In this document: one piece after another, positions 1 to 23,722 of the stretch
Layout: the number at the start of each line of letters is the position of its first letter
How positions within the stretch are numbered: the first letter of the stretch is position 1
Assembly (NCBI GenBank): GCA_905331295.1
Contig: CAJNYD010000067.1
Location: forward strand, 1 to 64,000
DNA from: Rotaria socialis
Taxonomy: Eukaryota
Reading direction: 5' to 3'
DNA: 64,000 nucleotides
Translations under genes and position numbers: made by a program
The notes under the pieces: model-generated
Seen by the model: only the letters and a program-made list of their open reading frames with translations
The model's database searches: none
Told to the model about the DNA's origin: nothing

Positions 1-911
1 ATGGCTGATCATGTTCAACATTCTTTTATAACATCAATTACACAATATATGTTTGTTTTTGTTTAATACAATGTCGATTATTTGCTTTACATCTCTACTA
101 ATCACTGAGATATCAATAAGACTAGAGGCTAAATTCGATCGTTAATATATCTACTGACTACATTCTACAGGATAAAGTTCATCCATATTTCATCATGATC
201 TACTGCACATGCATTTCCTGAAGAAAAACGCAAGCGTTACATTTTGGCTTTGCTTTGTTTTTCATGGGAATATGAAATAAACACTTTTATTTTCAATCCA
301 ACGTTTTTTGTTTCAAGAGTTCTCTTTCATCACTATACTATCAATACGATGGAGTTCATTAAACAAACGAAAATGAATGATTTTTTTCTAGATTCAAAAA
401 TCAATGAAATGATCTACATGGTGTCGAAATTCGAATGATTAATTAGCCATATTTATTCTTTATACCTGAAATTTCTATCTCATTTATTTCATCAATTTTG
501 CATTGTACAGTATGTAAGCAATCTATATATGATATTTATAAACAACGAATTAGACTGAAATCATTGATCATGCGTGATTCATCAAATATCTCTCTAAGAA
601 TTTCGATTATAGAATCATATAAGTTATTCAATAGTATAGCGAAAAACAAATTGAAGACGATCACATTGACTCTTATCTTCTTTACATTTAAATTTAGTTT
701 GTAAACACTTTCGTGTAGAGAGATTATGAATTGGAATCTAAATAGAACTGAGTCATAGTAGACATATTAACGATCGAATTTAGCCTCTAGTCTTATTGAT
801 ATCTCAGTGATTAGTAGAGATGTAAAGCAAATAATCGACATTGTATTAAACAAAAACAAATATATATTGTGTAATTGATGTTATAAAAGAATGTTGAACA
901 TGATCAGCCAT
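1..911. repeat. Long inverted repeat / foldback: arms 1-159 and 751-911, about 590 bp spacer, left arm cut by the window edge
   Basis: 1-155 is the reverse complement of 757-911 with 2 substitutions (positions 51 and 149). After a 2-bp indel the match extends to about 159/751. Confidence 0.95.
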
Positions 912-2278
912 ACTATTTGCTTGCATCTTCAACATGTACATAACATCAAGATATACTCATTGATCAATGCATTTACATTTCGTCCCTATGACTCCATATA
1001 ATGCTTGACGAACTGGCCAGTTCTTAGAGATTATTGAACAGGCTGATAAATAAATAAAAACTCATCGTCAGAGACAGATACAGTTCATTCGATGATCAAT
1101 CGATGTGAATTTAATTCATCGCAAACACAAAGACACTTGCAAGAAGTAACCGAAAAATAGGGTCTACCTTTCAAAAGCTGATTAAATCTGTATAGGTAGG
1201 AGAGGCGGCCCTAGATATTCAATATTTAAATATAAACATATTTACATATGTTATATACGGGTGTCAGGTCAAGACAACACCCGTGCTATGCAAATTCATT
1301 CACACCTGTAATAAAGTTTAAGGTGGATCATTAAAATTTTCATCTAATAAAGATCGTTTGAGAAATGGATTTTGAAAAAGATGACCGTAATGAAATAAAA
1401 CTTCTTCATCTGTTTTTTCTAAAATAAGTTCACTTGATGATGTTGGAGTATTTAATAAAAATTTGTTTATCTAAGGAATTTCTTTTATCTTACCTTTGGT
1501 CTCTCACAACAATCAGAAGTTATGTCAATGAAAAGTACGACAACCATCAGAATTACCAAGGACAAAATTTACCTCTTTTTTACCGTTTTATCTTGGATGC
1601 AGCAAAAAGCAAGAACACTGAAGTTTGATTTTAGTTAAAACTAACAATAGAATTTTAGATAAAAAAAAAAGACAAAATCAATCTGTCATCGAGTCTACAC
1701 AGATGTAAGTATCTCAAAATGAGATGCATTTACATAATGTTTACAGCATGTCGTCTTTTGAGAGCTGGAAAACATCCCCCAAAATCGAGAAACTGTTCCT
1801 GGTACAGCAGAAATCGTTTACCCACAAAAAGTCAAGAAGAAACACTTCATCAGGCACGCACTCCTTTCTAAGCAGAAGTTCACACAAAAGCAGAGAGACA
1901 TGGATCATCTCCTTATCGACCCTCAGACAAAATTCAACCAGAAACGGTATTATTCCAGCAGAAATGGTATTATTTTAAAGAGAAATGGTTGAACCGTTTT
2001 ACCTCTTACAAGGAGAAATTGATGAGATACTAGAAGATATTGGTTCTTTTTTTCGCCTTATTGAGGAGTTTTGTATGTGAAAGAAAATGTTTGTTTCTCT
2101 TGAAAGATAAGTTTAGGTTGATGATTTTATCCAAAGGTATGTTGTAAATTCTTATGATACCGAATAACTTTGGACCCATTATATTGTAAATTGTAATTGA
2201 AACCGATAGTGATATAATAAACAGGATACATTATCGGCATAGTAAAGTATTGGTATCTAAATAATTGATTTTCTGAAG

Positions 2279-2285
<7 letters not shown>

Positions 2286-2311
<26 letters not shown>
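2286..2311. repeat. (TA)n microsatellite
   Basis: Direct reading. Confidence 0.9.
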
Positions 2312-2821
2312 GTGTAGGATGAGCCCATAAACAAATGTGAAAGAACTTTCCTTATGATAGTGGGATTAATACAGTATGTTAGTGAAAATATCCAAACAAT
2401 GGATGAAAAATGTTCACTTTTACAAAAGAAAAATCTTTTGACCTCTACGTTGCAGCTTGTCGTGTCGAAGTTACACTTTTTGTCGAAGTTTAACCTCGGC
2501 ACGACATATATATATATACATGAATTAGCTTTTTCCATTTCTCCTTGCTATGCGTATTTTTTGTGGGTGATCCATTTCTGCTTAAAGTGGAACAGTTTCC
2601 CGATCGATTGGTGCTGTTGTCCACTGCTGTCGTGTTAGGAGCAATTATTTGTGCAATTTTTATTTTCACCATAAATGAAGCCTATTTATGATTTGAGACT
2701 ATCCTCATCAACAAAAATAGACAAGAATAGAATAGCAAAAGAAAAAGAAACCACAAAGTAACGAAAATGAATTGAAGAATAATAAATAAGCACCGTCGAA
2801 AAATAACACAAACCAATGACA

Positions 2822-5800
2822 CTAGTAGATTTCTGGACAATTGGCCCAATTTCTTTGCCAATATTTTTCATTCGATACCCATACATCTTGTCCTGTTACT
2901 GTGTGTTTAATAAGACGAAACCATCTAATATTTATGTATTAAAGACAAAAACAAATATAGATCTACTTAATATATTCTAAAAATGTATACCTTGGTTGCC
3001 ATTCTTCTCGACGTTTTTCCATGGCTCGTCTTACTGCACGTTGTTTTTCTTCTAGGCGGTCTTTTTCTTGTCCAGCCGAATCAATATCGCCTTCTTCCAT
3101 TTTACGAATATCTGGACGAAATCGTGAATCAGTCGGTGGTAATGATGATCGATTATTTTTATTTTCTTCTGTTAATTGATTAAGTGCCATGGTGAATAAA
3201 GAGAAATTATAATACTAAGAAAGGAAATGTTTTTTAAAAACAACGATATTCTTTTGATTAAGTTACTTGTAATCCATATTCTAATTTTGGCATAATTCTC
3301 CAAAGTGTAAGAGAATTTGGTGGAAGATTCAGCTGTTCATGGGATGGATCAACATCAGGCAATTCTTCATCTAGGTCAGTATTATCGGTATCATTTGTAG
3401 CTGTCGTTGGTGAATTCGTTATTTGTTGTTGATGACATTTCGATGCACTTTTTGCTTCTTTCTTTTGTTGTTTTAAAAATACTTCAAAACGTTCAATATC
3501 AATTGAATATAATGAATCCGTCCAATAACCGTATAAACCACGTAATTTATGTTTTCTAAACAAAATTCAATGAATTAATCATTACTGTTAAAGTTAAATT
3601 CTAATATCTTACTGTGAATCGAAAATAAAGCCTTCTACTTTATGTAATTCCTTTGATGACCATGAATATGGCTTAAAATTAAGTATAGCTTTCATTTTAT
3701 TCGAATGATTAATTATTTCCATAGTACCATGCTTTATTTAAATAAAAAGAAAACAGCAATTAAATATTACTACTCAACTTAGTAAGCTTGGTTGAGTTGG
3801 AATAGATTAATTTTATGTATTAACTTCGAGTGTATCAAACTTTTGTCAAATTTCCATGTACTGAGCATTCATATAATGAAGATATTTCTTCAGAAACATC
3901 TATAGTAAGTCTTAGAAAATAAGTAATATTATAGTATGCTGAACTCTATATCACAGTTCAAGTAATTATCAACGCTACAGTATTTTCAAAGGCTGAATAG
4001 TATCGAGCTGAAAATGTTTATACGAGAAAAATAGTATTTTAAACTAGACGAGGAGACTTATGAGAATACGCAAAAGATTATTTTCTTTTAAATACTTGTC
4101 AGACATGTATAGTTTCTTCTATAAAATCCTGTATGAATTGAGGTGGAATAATGAAAACAAAAATTTGTAAAAGAAAGAAAAGAAATAAGAAATCATCTTC
4201 TTGAGTGTCCTTATGAATCCTCAAGTAGAAATATATATATTAGCCTTTAGAAAAAAAAGTTATTTATGTCAGCCAATGAAGAAATCTGTGTTAATAATTA
4301 GTGTCTAGAAATTCTACGAGAATCATTAAGTATTGTTAAACTATCGTCAATACATTCCATCGCCTCATGTACAAATATAGACTATTCTAGCAGATGATCT
4401 TGCAAGTTAACGACAAGTTCTTTCCACTGCGGGACAAATAAAGCGCGATAGTGTGTACCAATTGGTAAAAGATCATGTTTTTACTCTTTAAAATATGTCA
4501 TGTCGTTAAGCAATAACCTAAGCATAAGAAAAGGAACTAATGTCAAGTGGAAAAAATGATAATCATAAGAAATGCTAATTAAAACAAATTGAGGTGCAAA
4601 ATTTAAACACCTATCAAGACAAATTTAATCATTAAGAACAATTGTCAATATGTGAAATTGTTCAAGACGTGGAAAAATTGAATACAAGTCAATTTTCTAT
4701 AAATCATGCAATGCACTTTATACAGCTCTACAAAATAATGCTTAACGTATAATTATTTTTACAGTCTATTTAAATAATTTCTAAAGTTAAGATTCACTTA
4801 CATATTCAAACCAAAGTCGTCCAACGACAATATTATGAATTGTACATGTTACACTTTCCCATGTATAAATTTCTCTATGTCTACAAAAACAAAAGAAAAA
4901 GAAAATTTTCCAACGTAAAAATTCTTCATGGGCTCGTTTAGAGTTTACCGTTTAAGTTCAAGTGTTAATAAACCTTTTGGATTAACTTCCATGCGTTTAA
5001 CAGAAAATTTAGCTTTAGGTAAAATGCTTCCATAAAATCGCCAACGTTCACCGTTATCTTTTGATTCACATAGGAATGCACTTACTGGTGGATGATGGCT
5101 TACTTGTTCGCTCATATAACGAAATGGTAAATCATCTCTAGCAGAAAACAAAACAATGAATTAAACTTAACAACTAAACTGTTTCAACTCACTGAACAAA
5201 TTCGTATGTTTCACCCAGTAATGGATTAAATGGTTTCGATAAACGATCGATATTACTCGATATGGATGAAGCAGCAAATGCTGCAACATACTTTTAATCA
5301 AAGAAATTCATTAGGATAAAAATTTCATGAAATATGAAAAAAATATATATATACCTGCATTCTCATTATAGGATCAGTACATTCATCAGCACGGTCAAGC
5401 AAATATGAGTAAAGAACATTTTCAGAAAAACGTTGAAGAAATGATATTGGTTCATTCCATACAATAGGCATTGATACTTTGGATAATTCCTACAAGAAAT
5501 TTACATATTAAAAATTGTCTACAGTGACTTTGTTTTTATAATTAGAGAAACAATCTCAACTTCTAACTACAGTCATTGCTCGGAGAAAAGTGTTGTTGTT
5601 GATAGTTTCTTTCATATGAATACTGAGATTTTCAATAAGACTTATGTAAAAACTATTAATTTAATCCTAAATAATTCATTAATAAAAACATGTCTATTTT
5701 CAAAATTCAAACTGATTAATGAAACTAATGGAAAGTCGACTATGCCTAAAAACTAGCGTGCATAACTCTATTTTGATCTATATTCCCAAACTTGCTTTCC

Positions 5801-8582
5801 TTCTTTCAATAGTAGATAATTCTATAGTAAATTAAATTATTTACTTTTCCAATACATTGCTTAAGTATACTCCAAATGCTAATTGACGATCGATCAAACA
5901 TTGGCACGGGGAGTTTTGTTCTAAATAGAATAATTGAAAAGGGTGAATTTTTCTTTGAAATAAAAGCATATATTAATCATTCAGAAATTGTAATGTAAAC
6001 GTACCTGCGGCCACTTCTCTGTAGTATAACAGATAAGTTATCCATATGTGTTGCAGTCATAATGTAACAAGTTGTGTGAAAGGGTAGAAAATAAAAGCTT
6101 TCTATAATATTGATTTTTATTATAAATTACATCTCATTTATGACCGAATCAAATGTATTTTATCATCGAATACTTTAAGGTCGAATAAGAAAGAAAAATG
6201 GAGAAATTCAATTGCTATTATATATGTCTATGATTTTTCGAAAGAGTACAGAATTCATTTATGTGTTTCGTTTTCATTCGAAAGAATAATCTATGAAATG
6301 AGGTTTTTGTTGTTGTTGTTGTTGTTGAGTATTAACCTATTCAAGAGAAGTGACAATCTTATCGAAAAAAAGCCGATGCTTGCTAATTTATATAGTCCTC
6401 TGTTCTTCTTACTATTATCACGCCACCTACTCTTCAAGCTTCTGCTTGCATCTACAACAACGTTAGAAAAAGAAAAAAATGAGTTAGAAAGAGAAAGATA
6501 ATATATGAGATGATTAGAAAGTGTTACTTATAAAAAGAAAAAGAAATGAGAAAATAATTGTCCTGCAAGCTATGTATAGCCTTTGTTGTAAAGAAGGAAA
6601 AAATTGAAATCATATGCTTAGATTCAACGTACCTGCCAAATTGTTGACGAGCAAAATTATTCCAAGTTCGCATTAGTTCTCGTTGAATATCAGTGTTATA
6701 TTGATCAATATCTAGGTATCAAAATAAAAGAAATAGAAACAATTTGATTTTCTAGCGTTCTACGTTCATTTCGATTATGTCATAGTAGATTTCGTTTTTT
6801 AAAGTGTATTCAAGAAAATAATAATAAACGATGACAGCTGGTCATAGAATAATTCTAAGAAAAACGCATAATGCAATACTCGATTAAATCAAATGAAAAT
6901 CATAAAAGTAGAACTATCATTAATTCATACGAGACATTTGCATGGGTACATTAAACACTTCGCATATTCTCGATTTATTACCACATATGTTTAACATGTG
7001 TGCGTTCTGATTCTCAACTTTAGATATCAGAACAATTGAAAAAGATAGTTTTGTTGATTTTCACTAGCTTTTAGTCATTGCAAGATTTTGTATGGAAATT
7101 TTCCAACGATTTATAAATGATGGTCAAGAATTTTGCTCATTGTACCGAAGCAATCTGCCTATTCGAGTATCTCTATTTAATTATTTATAGTTTAACGCAG
7201 AATGACGTAGAACTAACCTTCAGATAAAAAATGAATACGGCCTTTCAATGTTGTAGAAGAATATAAGCTTTTCAAAAGTACGTGACAATTTACAGATTTA
7301 CACTATTCTATTTAAACTAAAGATTTAATCGAACAAGAGGTTTTTCCTTTTATATGACATTAGGCATGTTGAATATAATGAATGAATAAGTAATTTATTA
7401 AATTAATATAGAACAAAATTCTATATAATATAAATAATATTATTTATTATAATGGCTACATTTTATTTTACAAACATAAGAAAACAGTTTTACAAATAAT
7501 TCATATTATAATATTAAGCGCATTAATCAAAAATAGAAATGTGATAAGACTTTGCTTGCAGATTGGTTATTTCAATGCAGACGCACAAGTTTTTGTTATC
7601 TCTATTGTCAAACAGTCAAGATTTCTTTTCATTAAATTTTACTATTTTATAATAAAGTATTTAAAAAGCAATTGAATGAGACGCACCTCAATTATTTTTA
7701 ATTACAAGTACGCAATCGAAATGATTCAAGTATATCAATTTATTATGTTTATCTAATGATAACAGATATTCTCATGACTCTTCAGGCATCATTAAATCAA
7801 TAGAGTTAGAAAGGAAGAAGAGCTTTTGCTGACTAACTAAAACATCATCAGGTGAAACATATGAGTTGATTAACACATCAAATAAATTATGCATTATCAA
7901 CATGAAAATTCTCATTATGTTTATGGATGTTTTATATTGCTTAATGATTAGTAGGATTTTTTTATTGAAAATATGAATATTATATGACTCAGAAAGCAGA
8001 AGCCTCGTTGCGCAACAAGCACAAAAAGTCTGTAGATGTTTCTTATAGTGATTTTTTCTTAAATTAACTTCCTATATGTAAAAATAAACAGAATAAATCT
8101 CTTGAGTATATTGTCTTTTTAAAGTGTCCTTGATTAATCTAATTCATTTTTCTTTATAAACGAAAACTCAAACTCAAAAGGCTGGTTATACAACTCTACA
8201 AAGAGAAAAGAAAATTATAAACGATTGTAAAAGAAAACGTCTAAAACAAACTGCTAAAAAAAATATTTTCATCAATAACAACATGGTAGGTTCCCTGATA
8301 AACGTAGAAGCCAAGTTTTTTTCTCGATAACAACTTGTTTAAAAGAAAAAGAAACTTCGATGAATTTCTTTTGTTTAAAAGTATTTTACTTGTTAACATG
8401 ATATATTTGTCAACCAGTATTTTAAATAAATACTTATTCTGTGTTAATATTTACTAATAAGAATGAAAATGATCGTTTTCAAACGATTTATTTAGGATCA
8501 CATGAAGAAGAAAAAAAGAGTTTTCAAAACTTTACGTACCATTAGCATCGAAAAATTCGTCATCACTAGTTTGGTCAGTCAT
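2822..8582 (-). CDS. OSBPL2: Oxysterol-binding protein-related protein, short ORP1/ORP2 type with N-terminal FFAT motif (multi-exon)
   Basis: Exon 1 (8540-8582) reads [14 protein letters not shown] (FFAT core EFFDA). Later exons give [57 protein letters not shown], the OSBP signature [21 protein letters not shown] and C-terminal [13 protein letters not shown] (TAG 2822-2824). The symbol marks family resemblance; the gene may be co-orthologous to ORP1/ORP2. Confidence 0.9.
6005..6060 (-). CDS. Candidate alternative first coding exon of the ORP gene ([18 protein letters not shown])
   Basis: ATG at 6060-6058, 56 nt open, CAG|GTACGT donor. Phase 2 matches the acceptor of exon 5845-5920. Confidence 0.6.
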
Positions 8583-9388
8583 TCTTTTAGTCTAAATTTG
8601 TTGTTTTTTTTTATAAATTAATTCTAAATAATAATTCTAATCAATAATATTAATTAAAAATAATTTTCGGCTTGCATTTTTTCATATATACTTATTAAAA
8701 TATTTTTCTAATGATGAAATATATTGACATTAATTTGAATGAATAAATCTGGAAATAATGAGAATACAAAAGAAGAAATATGTTACGTTTTCTTTTATTG
8801 AGAATCGTTAAGAGAAACGTTATTTCGAATGTTTCAGCATTGACAACGTGGGTTTAATGTAAGCTTGAAAAAAACTGAGAGAGAAAGCGTTCTCTTACTC
8901 GTTTTTTTTCCGTTTTCTTTCCTCTTTTGTCGCTGCTATCTTTTATCATATGCTGACATTAGCATCCACTTTTTTTTTCGTCGTCCTTTGGCACATTGTT
9001 TTTTGGCAATGCCAATGAATGTTTGTGGACAACAGACACAGGTGATATGTAAATATCACCAAAAATAAAGTGATTCGGTATGCGATGAAAGAAAAAAAAA
9101 GAGCGAGAGAAAGAAAGAAACACTAGATGCAAGTTTGTTGCTGTTAAGTTTTCTTTCTTCCTCTGCCCTATTTTTCTTTTTCGTTCGATTGAACGTAATT
9201 TACTTAGAAGGATCAACGATCGGATTGAAACTATGTAAGAGAGTAACAAGGAGAAATTCATTATGCACGAGAACGTATGTTCGTGTGTTTACATTATACA
9301 TTCGTATGCGAGCATGAATTTTGTTATTGAATTTCAAGAAAAAAGATAAATTTGAAAAGAAAACTAGCTAAAACCTTTTTTGAAATTT

Positions 9389-9726
9389 TGTGTCAATCAC
9401 AGAAGTGGTTAGCACATGCATCGAGGGGCCACCACGAGGCAATTGGTGGCAGTTGCCACATCTGACAAAAATATTGCCGTACGTGAAAAAAATATTAATA
9501 ATATCTATAAGCATCGGTGGATCACTCCACACGCAATTTTCACACCTGAGAATATTATTAGTGGCATATATCTATCTGTATATACACATACGTCACATCT
9601 AAAACATGTCTTTCTTTATAAAAAAAAAAAAAAGCTAGGCGTTACTATTTATTACTACACCTCCATATCAGACGCTGGCTCGCCAATGAGTACATGTGAG
9701 CTAAGTGAACTTTTGTAACTGACGTA
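9389..9726. mobile_element. Decayed TIR element (MITE-like) in the ORP/USP32 divergent intergenic region
   Basis: TGTGTCAATCACAGAAGT (9389-9406) vs the reverse complement of 9709-9726 (TACGTCAGTTACAAAAGT) match 13/18, all mismatches transitions. Gapped similarity continues inward (TTAGC-ACATG / TTAGCTCACATG). Confidence 0.4.
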
Positions 9727-10465
9727 TGTCATATAGATCAAAGAAAAATAAGTCATAAAATAAGTAACGGAGAAAGAAAACGAGTTTTCTGGTGGTTGCG
9801 AAGTTTGGCACGCTACATCTGGTGAAAAGTTAAATAAGGCTAATCAGTCAAAGTAGTCAGGTTTTAGGAAGCAGAAATCTACCAATGAGCAATTAATTAC
9901 ATATTGAAGAGATCAAGTATCTCTAGTACATGAAATCATGAATTGTGCACGTTTACTTAAAGAATATTTTATTAGTTTTTCTTATGCAGCTATTGTCTTT
10001 GGTGAAACAAAACAAGTACTATAAATTCATCTGAATCTTGGATTTTCGAATGCTTCTTAAATCAACGTCAAATAAAAAATAACACGAAAGATAGTAACCC
10101 AGGATTGAACAAGTATCAAATTATCCATGTCAACTACAGTAAATATTCATAAATCGGTGTTTTCTTAGCAGGACGTATTTCAAAATCATAAGTGTCTTGC
10201 AATCATTTATACCATATGATCGATCACAATTACAGTGAGATTTTTCTTAGCAACATAGTAAAAATTCGGCATAAGAGTTTCTATGATTTTTTTGATGTTA
10301 TTCCTATGAGAATTTAAATTGTTCTTTTTTAATTAAAAAATTCACTCGTAAATAAATAATGAGAATTTTTCTAGATACTAAAAAGAAAGCGGTTAGTGCA
10401 ATCCCTGTGGGATTAAAATGTGAAACACGATGAAACTCCTTTTCTGGAATCCATCTATCACTGTG

Positions 10466-10580
10466 TGTGATGGTCTGTGAAGCTTCTCTGTCACTGTCTA
10501 TACTATGGTGTATGGAGTCTCTAGAAACCATCACAGATCGTGGCAGAAACCTCAAAAGCCATCACAGACCGTGACAGAGA
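10466..10580. repeat. Cluster of direct and inverted CCATCACAGA-type subrepeats, probable TE remnant
   Basis: Direct copies CCATCACAGATCGTGGCAGA (10528-10547) and CCATCACAGACCGTGACAGA (10559-10578). Inverted partial copies TGTGATGGTCTGTGA (10466-10480) and TCTCTGTCACTGTCT (10485-10499). Confidence 0.6.
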
Positions 10581-11197
10581 AATAAATAAATAACTAATTA
10601 ATTAACTTCTCTGTCCCGGTCTGTGGGGGTGGGGGCAGGGGAAGGGTCCAAATTTCTACCATATATACTTCAAAACTCCTTTCAGATCGTGTTTCACAAA
10701 AAGGAAGAGGATACGATGTGTTGTGTTATTTTGTTTCTATTTACACTGAAATTTTCTCCACTCGTTGTTAATAGTTTAAAAGTTTTTTCAATGGTCATTG
10801 TTTCATTAATTAAAATGTCTTGCTTCAAATCAATAAAAAGAAAGATTCTAGTTGCAAAGATTGAACACTTCTATGAAACATTTTGATAGAAACAAACCAA
10901 GATTTGACTAGACACATTCCCTCTATATATACAAGAGCAAAAAGATGACGCTCTGTTATGATTCATGTCTACTCAGTTATTTTCTATTTTTTAACGTTAC
11001 CGACCAATGATCTATCGGCGACACGGAAAAATGATTCAGTCATACACAGAAATTGAGAAAGAAAAAAAGCTATTGCAAAGAAAGAACACGAAATTCTCTT
11101 TTTTTTTGTCTACGGTGTTGTTTATTTTTTATTTTAAGATTTTATTATTATTATGACAAATGGCTTGAGAAGTACTTGAAAAAGAAAACTTGCGATC

Positions 11198-21652
<10,455 letters not shown>

Positions 21653-23489
21653 TTTTGATAATGAACAAAAACCAAACAAATCGTTTTCTTTATTATTAAT
21701 CGTGATTATTTTTTTCCTGTTTTTTTTCTTTTTTTGAAAAATATTTCTCTCCGGTGCTTTTATGTTGTGTTATCAAACAAACAAAAACAAAACAATTTTG
21801 TTTCTGTTTTTGTTAAATTAAATCTGTGCTTACTTGACCATCGAGCTACTTGGACTCTGTTTGCTTTGTTCTTTGTTTTCCACTTCATTTTTTTTTCATG
21901 TACAGCGAATATTAAAAAAAACGAAACACGCGTCTTTATCTGTTTTCCTGATTCTTCTTTCGTTTACTGTTCTTGTGCAAGTCTTATTGAATTGCTTTTG
22001 GATTTGTATGCGTGCGTACACAGTTTTAAAAAACAACAACCACGATATTGAAAATGTGATTTTATTCGCAACATTAAATGAATGTTGGCTAAACAACTAG
22101 AGATGAATGTGACTAAAATTTTACAATTTGTATAATACTCTATTGTGCATATTCAAGAAATTTCAAAGCCGACAGTAGTTTCATAGTTAGAATCGATTTT
22201 AATATTTCAATTATTTACAGTAAACATAGTTCTTCAAAATCTACTCATTTAGAAGAACATGAATGTCTTTTCAAAGTTTCCGTTGCTGTAACGTAATCAA
22301 CTTAGAAAACGATATAAATTCTAACTGAGTATTGCAGCCGGACCCAATTCTATTTAAAAAGTGTCTCCTATCATATTTTATACTTATGGTATTTCTGTTT
22401 TCTCAATCGAATTTCAGACTTTAATTACGTGCTTTTATCTTGAAAATCTTCTTTGCTAGTACCTCGATTTCATAAATGACTTATTTATTCGTCAGTTCAG
22501 TTTTGATTATGATCTTGTTTCGCCTAAACTAGTTATGTTTATAGTTACGAGCATTCGTGCATACGATTATTCCTGTATCTTTCTTCGAAAATTGTCATTT
22601 GCAAATTAGCTTTAAACATACGATGATGGAACAAAGGAAAGTAACTAATTTTAGTTGTATGGTCGATTTAGCGTCTCACTTTCGTGTATAAATATATATA
22701 AAATCCATACAGAGAGAAAAAGAAAGAAAGAGAAAACAGCGTATATGATCAAGTGATTATAAACGTAAATATATGTCATTTTGACGAAGGACACATCCAA
22801 TTAATCATGAAGAAAATTATGAAACAAAGTCACTCGTAAATAAAAGGTAAAATATTGCGATAACAAGAAAATTCTGCATGATAGTCAAAAATAAAATCAG
22901 GCACGATTTTGAAAAGCATGCATTAACAAGTTAACCATCTCTGGGAAAATTCTTTTGCTTAATTCAAAACAGTGCAATCTCTTGAGGCATATTACCTCAT
23001 CGATATTGATTGATCTATCTAAAAGTCGGATCAACATGGGCAACGTTACACTCCGTATACAGATGATATTTGCATTTGATTCTAAATCTTTATTTTATAA
23101 GGGAAAATAGAACCAAAACGAATAGAGAGCAACAAATAATTTAACAACGACAATACAATATATGAATTATATAGATCGAGAGTAACATCACGTATTATCA
23201 AATATGTAATCGGAATATTTTTACACAATAAGAACAGTAGCTCAAAGCCAATGTCCATAATATTTCACCTTGGGAGACGATAGTAAAGCAAAGAATGCAA
23301 TACGCCCTATATAAACAGAGGATAACAACTTACACGTACATATATTATTCATAAGGAAAAAACAAATTCTTATTTAATTCTCGATAAAATTAGAGAGGAG
23401 ACTGCACTATAAAAAAATTACACTTAAAAATCCATTATAAAATATTGTAAGGAACAGTAAACGAAAGAAGAATCAGGAAAACAGATAAA

Positions 23490-23490
23490 N
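23490..23490. other. Undetermined base (possible assembly join)
   Basis: Single n in the sequence. Confidence 0.95.
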
Positions 23491-23541
23491 CCCCCGGCAG
23501 GTTATAAAATCTACTTTCCAAAAATGTTGAAGGGGAGTAAC

Positions 23542-23722
23542 CAGTGTTGCCAGATCTTCCACGATTTTGAAAACTCCTGCATTTTCACAATTTTATATAA
23601 TTTTTTCTGAACTTTTCTCGATTTTTCTGGATCTTTTTCGAATTTGTCAGGAGTTTTTTGAATTTTTTGAGGATTTCGAGATTTGAATTCTGGATTTTTA
23701 AGTTCAACATTTGTCAATACTG
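23542..23722. mobile_element. Decayed hAT-type MITE with internal ~10-bp T-rich tandem units
   Basis: Left CAGTGTTGCCAG vs right end reverse complement CAGTATTGACAA. Flanks GGAGTAAC / AGAATAAC (6/8) resemble an eroded 8-bp TSD. The interior has ATTTTTCTGG/ACTTTTCTCG-like units. Confidence 0.6.

Noticed and set aside
1724..2040. ORF-like stretch with higher GC
   Set aside because: No recognisable domain or consistent exon chain in any frame.
8179..8205. Loose resemblance to my recollection of the bdelloid spliced-leader sequence (GGCTGGTTATACAACTCTACAAAGAG)
   Set aside because: Needs several gaps and mismatches, and no GT donor or Sm site follows.
9451..9825. CAGATG-containing, CTCF-like motifs near promoters (also 24190, 39842, 58908)
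   Set aside because: Matches are partial and expected by chance; enrichment cannot be tested here.
23511..23717. Lys-rich 68-aa ORF
   Set aside because: It arises from the T-rich tandem units of the decayed MITE.
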